NCBI RefSeq assembly: GCF_036971445.1
Contig: NC_091470.1
Location: 357,988,001-358,052,000 of the forward strand
DNA from: Narcine bancroftii
Taxonomy: Eukaryota
Direction of reading: 5' to 3'
Length of the DNA stretch: 64,000 nt
The position numbers were made by a program, and so were the translations under genes. Below, in pieces: positions 61,425 to 64,000 of the stretch. The notes beneath the pieces are model-generated. The model ran no database searches. It saw only the letters and a program-made list of their open reading frames with translations, and was not told the DNA's origin. Positions within the stretch are counted from its first letter, which is position 1, and each line of letters begins with the position of its first letter.

Positions 61425-61988
61425 ATCATTTTCAGTGCTTAAATTTCACTCTCACTCAACTGTGAGTTCTTGGTTCTGGATATTGCAGATCACCAGTGAA
61501 AATAGTCATCAATGGTGTGGGCCTCGGCTTTGTGATCCTGACCCTCCTCGACCTGGAGGACTGAGAAGGATGAGGGAGTGGAGCAGCAGGTCTGGGGCCC
61601 CGAAAGTGTGGCAGCAGGTAGTGGCGGCAGTGACATTGACGGTGACTATTCCGCGACCCTCTAGCAAAATAGGTTCACTAAACAGTCCTGGGTCACGGGC
61701 TGACAGTGTAATCGTGAACCTTAATAGAGTGAGGAGGACTGCTCCACTCCACCTCTGACACAAGCCTACAGAAGGATCAGAGTTGGCGCCTTGGAGCCGC
61801 TCACAGACCATTTACAAGGTAAGGTTTGCGACGTAAGGGCGGAGAATCCTCAAGGACTTACTGTTGCTTGACACAAGGAATAATCCAGAGATGAGTACCT
61901 TTGCGGTGCCTGCTTCTCAACTCCCTTCCTAACTCCCTATATTGTCTGAGAATATCTATGATGGGAAGAGAAGTGGTGAAGTTATTAC

Positions 61989-62171
61989 CTTCAGGATGGA
62001 TCGGTGAAAGAAGAGAGCCAGCAGCTGTATGAGGTCATAGTGAACATAACCTTCTTTTTTCTCAATACCGATTATGTTTGGGACAAAGTCAGGTTTGTCT
62101 CGGGTTAGATTTAAATTCTCATTCCAGGGAAAAAATCCAAACTGGAAAAAGTACTTGATCACAATCGTTAC
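61989..62171 (-). CDS. PIEZO2: PIEZO2 exon 2 (183 nt): VTIVIKYFFQFGFFPWN...YDLIQLLALFFHRSILK
   Basis: Acceptor cccacAG, donor AAG/GTaata; phase 0-0. Confidence 0.96.
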
Positions 62172-62664
62172 CTGTGGGAAGATAAATGACACAGTTTTAC
62201 ACAGCAGATGCCAATGACCTAAAAAAAATGTTAAAAATGCCAAATGCTTAAACAATTAAACAAAGTCCTGTCATGCATTTGGAATATAGCAGGGTTGCAT
62301 TCAAGTTGGACAGTTCGTGAAGTTCCAATATGGAGGCCCAATGAATTAATTTCAAATGAGCATTGAAGGCTGTAAAAACACAGGATACTGGAGGATCTCA
62401 GCCCGTTTCACAGAGACCAGAAGAGGTAAAGATATATAACTGAAGTTTCAGGCCTGAGCCCTTCTTCAAGGTATTGAAGGTTGACTGACTTCACAATATA
62501 CCTCCTCTCCAATAGTTTTGATGTGCAAAAGGATCACACAGGCTTCCATTGTGACCAACATGGCGACCTGCTGTGACAAGTGTCCAAAATAGGTATGTGA
62601 AACATACATTTCCGGCTAAATTCACAATGGGTTCAAATGGGCACAGTTACATGGCCCTTTCAAT

Positions 62665-63358
62665 CATTGCAGAGGTGGGGCTGAGAATGATATCAGTGGC
62701 ACAAAGAGAACCAGGACAGAGACATAATTCCCTGGAAATGGTGTCACATCCAACAGTGGGTCAAAAAGAAAGCACATTGACCTTCATAAATCAAAGTAAT
62801 GAGTACAGGATTTAGAATGTTAAGGTGATGTTGCTTAAGGCATTGGTGAGGCCGAATTTGGAGTATTGTGTGAAGTTTTGGTCACCTAACTACAGGAAAG
62901 ATATCAATAAGATTGAAATAATGCAGAGAAGATTTAGAAGGATATTGCCGGGATTTCAGGAACTGAGTTACAGGGAAAGGTTAAACAGGTTAGGCCTTTA
63001 TTCCCTGGTGCATTGGAGAATGAGGGAGGATTTGCCAGAGGTATACAAAATTATGAGGTATATAGACAGAGTGCATACAAGAAGGCATTTCCACCGAGGT
63101 TAGGTGAGACAAGAAGTTGAAAGGTAATATGTTTAAGGGGAAAATTAGGACATCACACGGAGAATAGTGAGAGCATGGAGCTGCCAGATGAAGTGGTGAA
63201 TGTGGGCTTGATTTTGACAGTTAAACATTCGAATAACTGCAAGGATGGAAGGGATAAGGTCTGGGTGTAGGAGAATAGGACAAGACATAATAATAGTTCA
63301 CCATGGACTAGATGGGCCAAAGGACCTATCTCTGTGCTGTAGTGTCCTATGGTTCTAC
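62665..63358 (+). mobile_element. CR1 LINE 3' fragment
   Basis: LLKALVRPNLEYCVKFWSPNYRKDINKIE..RMREDL; ATGGTTCT tail. Confidence 0.88.
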
Positions 63359-63576
63359 AGACATATCTTCAAGCACCCTAAACACTGTAACTATGTTCTC
63401 AACTCTAAGGTATTTCAATTTATTTACATTCCTCTGCCCACCCACCCAACAAGCACGCTATGGGGTTTAACTTGACCTTTCGTGTGTTTTGTGTGGAATT
63501 ACTTTGTTTCCTCCCGTTCCAACGTCCTTGAAGCCACTCAGTTTGGAAAAATTTATCTGCAGTAATAGCTACAAAC

Positions 63577-63835
63577 CTCTGTATATACAATCGCCGTCAT
63601 CCAGAATCGTTTGCTCGGCCTGGGAACAGAGAGCATTGCCCAGAGAAAGATTAGGATAGGCAATACCAATGTAATCATCGAGGCTGATACGATGTGATTG
63701 AGTATAATGACAAAGAAACAGAGCATTTCTGATCGAGCCACCAAGGTATTATACAGGGAAAAGAAGAGCAGCAGGGCTCGAGGCTGAGCTATGTAGAATT
63801 TTTCTGATCCTTCTAATTCTTCATCATAAAACATT
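63577..63835 (-). CDS. PIEZO2: PIEZO2 exon 1 of 13 in window (259 nt): MFYDEELEGSEKFY...SEMLCFFVIILNH...PRPSKRFWMTAIVYTE
   Basis: Acceptor ttcAG (63837-63836), donor GAG/GTttgt; phase 2 in, phase 0 out. Confidence 0.95.
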
Positions 63836-64000
63836 CTGAAATTTAAGAGAATGAATAAATATTAGAGACCTGCCATTGACTCAAGAATAAGAGATAATGA
63901 GAACGCTGAACGACCAAAGGAACTGCTCACACTAGCCATCTGAGACTCTCACCTTTACGAAACAATGTTCGTTTACTTGTACTACAAATGTATTGTTTGT

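Larger units (their letters stand above)
4607..63835 (-). other. PIEZO2: PIEZO2 gene, partial: 13 consecutive coding exons; gene extends beyond both window ends
   Basis: Spliced translation is continuous across 13 GT-AG exons with matching phases. It contains PIEZO2-typical strings ([76 protein letters not shown]). Inner helix/CTD exons were not found and are presumably left of position 1. Confidence 0.92.

Noticed and set aside
1-64000. A novel multigene system, CRISPR array, operon or prophage
   Set aside because: The window is one spliced vertebrate gene plus transposon debris; no regularly spaced repeat-spacer array or intact non-TE gene cluster is visible.

Overview
This is eukaryotic, vertebrate genomic DNA. 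The repeat landscape of CR1, Rex1/Babar, RTE-BovB-like, L1, Gypsy, Penelope-like relics and tRNA-derived V-SINEs points to a cartilaginous fish, probably a ray (inference). The whole window lies inside one minus-strand gene, the mechanosensitive channel PIEZO2. I traced 13 consecutive coding exons between 63835 and 4607. They total 2138 nt (about 712 codons, about 3% of the window), all have GT-AG boundaries, and all phases are compatible. They encode the last blade repeats, the anchor with the PFxxExxxxxxW Piezo signature, the KKKK linker, the outer helix and most of the extracellular cap. The gene runs off both ends of the window. The introns are a dense nest of decayed transposons; several nested insertions can be resolved to the base by target-site duplications. 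Nearly all ORFs in the supplied track are TE remnants or noise. There is no prokaryotic, CRISPR or novel multigene system here. The observations most worth follow-up are: (1) a ~95%-identical ~300-bp inverted duplication bracketing an in-frame cap-domain exon (circRNA/exon-skipping candidate); (2) further local inverted templated copies whose differences are oddly rich in A/T and C/G swaps; (3) Penelope-derived hammerhead-ribozyme-like motifs in the introns; (4) a palindromic pair of ZNF143/Staf sites with CCAAT and GC boxes; (5) an apparent W-to-G change in the conserved FGFWAFG motif; (6) a composite two-unit hAT MITE. TE boundaries without TSD support are approximate, and all identity and mismatch counts were made by hand.
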